From NCBI GenBank assembly GCA_028534125.1, contig JAPYYK010000093.1, forward strand, positions 372,001 to 436,000: a stretch of DNA of 64,000 nt, written 5' to 3'. The position numbers and the translations under genes are program-made. The notes below the pieces were generated by a model that made no database searches, was not told the origin of the DNA, and saw only the letters and a list, made by a program, of their open reading frames with translations. The DNA is from Lama glama (lineage: Eukaryota). Positions within the stretch are counted from its first letter, which is position 1, and each line of letters starts with the position of its first letter. Of the stretch, positions 60,896 to 64,000 are shown piece after piece.

Positions 60896-62810
60896 CCCCC
60901 TTCCTTGCCCTCCCTTTACTGACTCTATCACCTTGCGGCCTTATTGACCAACCCCTGAATCTCCCTCCTCTCCAGCAGGCCTCTCCCCAACTCAGCCACA
61001 AGCAGCTGGGAACCCTCCAACCTCGGCATCCTCCTCCACCATGTGCTCTGCCATCGCCCTCCCAGGGCTTCCACCCAGCCCTGCTCTCTCCATTCTCTGC
61101 CATCAGCAGACAGGGGGATGGAGTATTGCTTTACAACCTGAATTGAGATCCATTTGGTGGGGATTGCTTCTCCAGGCTCTAATCACACCATTCCCTCACC
61201 TGCATGCTTCTCTGGGAAGCGCTCTCCACTATCCAGCATCTCCCTTTACACTGTCATCCCCCTGAGGATGGGGTCTTTGTTGGTGTGGTTCATGACTGCC
61301 TCCCCGGGACCCAGCCCAGCCTTGGCATGTGTGTGTGCTCAGTGTGTTCACTGAACAGGTGAGACAGGCACTGCCATCAGACACAATTAGGCTTGGCGCT
61401 GTTCCAGGGCTGCCCTCCTGCCTCTGTCTGCAGCAGGCTCCCAGTCACACCCCAGCCTCAAACTCTGTCCCCATCAGTGTTCTGAACTTCCCCAGCCTTT
61501 ACCCATACTTTGTTCCTAGCATCAAGTTTCCTCCTCACCTTTTAAAACTCAGTGTAGAAAGCATTTCCTCAAGGACACTTCCCTTAAGTCCTTGTGGCTG
61601 GGGTGCCCTCCTCATTGCTGGCTGCCTCCTGAGTCTGTCTCCCCAGAGCAGGTGTTTCCCGAGTGTGGGGGCTGAGTCATCACTGGTATGGACAACAGGA
61701 CCCCAGGTATAGGTTTGATGGCTGAAGGGGTAACTTGCTTAAGAAACAGAGGGAGTGAAGCAGGTCAGAGCTAGTCTGGCTGCTCCAGCTCCAACTTCTC
61801 TCCCCTGGGACAGCTGGGGACAAGCCGTGCTCTCCCATGGCCAGGACAGAACTGATCATTGAGGATGCCTCCCCATCCCTCCATCATGCATCTCTATGGT
61901 GGGACAGGGACTGGACCTCAGGATTCAGATCCCAATGCCTTGCTTGCCTCTCTGACCCAGACAGGGAGAGGTACGTGTGGCTGGAATCCATGGCCCTTAG
62001 GAGCAGGGGTGGGGGGGGTAAGGGTGGGTGGAGACACCCTTGCCTGTGAAAACAGCATGGAGGGGTCGTCTGGCTACCTGCCCAGCCAGGGAAGATCAAA
62101 CATCCGCTTCCCACTTTCTCCTTGGGTGGGCAAGGCGAGGCGAACGGCACTGGCCCAGCTCAGGGTACAGGGGCAAGGAGGAGCAGCACAATGAGCCCCG
62201 TTCATAGGTTCAACAGAAGGTTGGACCTAACTGCCTTCCAATTAATATGGAGAAAGCAAGGTCCTCGGTGTTGGAGGTGGAACGTGAGTCCCTCTACTCC
62301 CAGTAGCCCCTGTCCTAGTGGGATAGCTAGAGCAGGCAGCTCTGGGCCCCCAGGTCCCAGTGAACGCATTTTACAGATGAGAAGTCCCCAGCTGAGGAGT
62401 CTCACAGCGACAAAACTGACTTCAAACCTTATATGGAAGAGCCTGAAATCTCGCCACATGCCCTGGTCCAGGTGCAGACAATCCAAGCACAGAAGAAGTT
62501 GTCTTATATTTAATTTACAAAAGAGACCCCAAAATAATAATAATAAACTACCCAGGGACAGGGGAGAAGGGTCAGGTCCTCCCCAGCCCAGCTGTGCCCC
62601 TCTTCCCCTCTGGCCAGGAGGAAGGGGCCTCCCAGGGGACTGCCCCTCCCCCTTAGAACAGGGGGTAGGAGCTGGCATGGACACCCTACTGGGCATCCCA
62701 GGGGCTCTGCCCCTCCAGACTCCAGTCTGTCCACCCCTTGCAGGCTTCTACATGCCTGGCACAGCCCCTGTGGCACAGGCCAGCTTGGCTGATAGCCGGG
62801 TGAGAGATCC

Positions 62811-63700
62811 TTACAAAGTCCAGGTGAGGGCCAGGGCTGACACAGCCAGCAGGCCAGTGAGGTGGGACCCAGCCCAGGCCACACTGGCACCCCCAGCTGC
62901 CCGCCTACGGTCCCACTGGCATTGCTCGCCACCCCAGCCTAAGTAGCACTGGCAGCGAAAGTGCGTCTGCAGGTAGTTGCGGTCGGCCCGACTGAGCTCC
63001 CCCTCTGGTCGAAGCTGGGGCTCATCAGGGTCGTGGCTAGGCACTAGGCGGAAGCTGCTGGCACTGAGGTGGAGGAAGGTATTAGCGCTGGGGTCGCGGC
63101 GCACACAGCGCCCGTGGCCATGGCACTGGGCCCAGCTGCAATACTGGGCGGCCCAGGACACATTGACGACGTAGGGAACCAGCAGCTGTGTCAGGTAATC
63201 CTTGAGGTGCTGGCAGGTTTCCTGGAGGCAGAGGCCAGGGATCAAGGTCAGCTGCCTCAGCTCACAGGCCCAGATAGAAACTCTGCGTCCACACTGCGGT
63301 GACTCTATCTTCTTTTAACAGTGCACACATGTACACACACAAGCCTGAGCCCTCACTGTCCCTGTTTCTTCTAAGCAGGGGTGGGGGTCGGGGCTGGAAC
63401 CCAGCAGGGCGGGGGGCAAGGTGGAACTCCACAGCTGTTCGGGACAGCAAGTCCCCTTTCCAGGGAGCAGGGGAGGTGGCTTTTCTCTGTTGGGACTGGG
63501 GCTGCCTCGGGTGAGACACAGACAAGGGGGCCACTTTGAGATTTGCAGCCCAAAGCCCAAACTCTCTGCCTGTCCCTGCACACTCGGCTCCAGTAGGCTG
63601 GGTGGGTCTTACTTACCATGGTGTACCTCGCATCACCCCAGAGGATGACGCCAGCTGCACCCAAGGCTGCACTCTCGCCAATGGTGGAGATGAGATCCAT
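62811..63700 (-). CDS. HYAL2: Hyaluronidase-2, last two coding exons (5' part outside window)
   Basis: Exons 63700-63617 ([28 protein letters not shown]) and 63221-62811 (ETCQHLKDYL..CQCYLGWGGEQC..hydrophobic GPI signal*); ATTAAA 62509-62514. Confidence 0.95.
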
Positions 63701-64000
63701 CTGTGTGAGAAGGAGAGGGTCACTGGGGGAGACTGAAACCACAGGGTGAGAAGAACAGACAGAAGGGTGGGCAGGCCTTAGCCTGTTTCGACTTGCTGAC
63801 CACCCCCAATCCTGTCCTCCCCATATCACCCCTAAGCAGAAGGAGTTTCACTTTCTCCTTAAACGTTTGAGCCAGTCCCATCCCCACTTTAGGCCTCCGA
63901 TTCCCACGTCAAGGGGTGGCTTGAGCCTAGTCTGTATCTCTCAGGATGCAATCCAAAGTCAGAATGCTAGGCCCAAGTCCCTTCTCTGCCCTGGATTTGC

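Noticed and set aside
62122-62946. 274-aa plus-strand ORF antisense to HYAL2
   Set aside because: TTG start, crosses a MIR and a (TAA)n tract, no homology recognised

Overview
Mammalian genomic DNA syntenic to the human 3p21.3 (LUCA) gene cluster. Two Vic-1-type tRNA-derived SINEs point to a camelid. Gene order: GNAI2 (+, exons 2-9; exon 6 lies in an N gap), SEMA3B (+, 17 coding exons, 748 aa), LSMEM2 (+, 150 aa), then on the minus strand IFRD2 (12 exons, 439 aa), HYAL3 (419 aa) with NAA80/NAT6 nested in its first intron, HYAL1 (435 aa) and the 3' end of HYAL2. Non-standard features: (1) NAA80 has an intact GNAT ORF but no in-frame ATG upstream of the catalytic domain, because the orthologous start is GTG. 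(2) An 8.2 kb two-LTR class I ERV (CTAG TSD, tRNA-Arg PBS, gag-MA and env-TM remnants, centre filled with L1) sits ~50 bp behind the SEMA3B polyA signal. (3) A ~6.85 kb AT-rich, TSD-flanked, polyA-tailed cargo lies in IFRD2 intron 1 and carries sense-strand splice sites and a 20-bp-arm palindrome. (4) The same inverted L1-L1 chimeric junction occurs at two loci. (5) HYAL2 has a 2-aa-shorter exon. All calls were made by eye, and comparisons with human/mouse come from recalled sequences, not database searches. I see no clear evidence of a wholly new multi-gene system.
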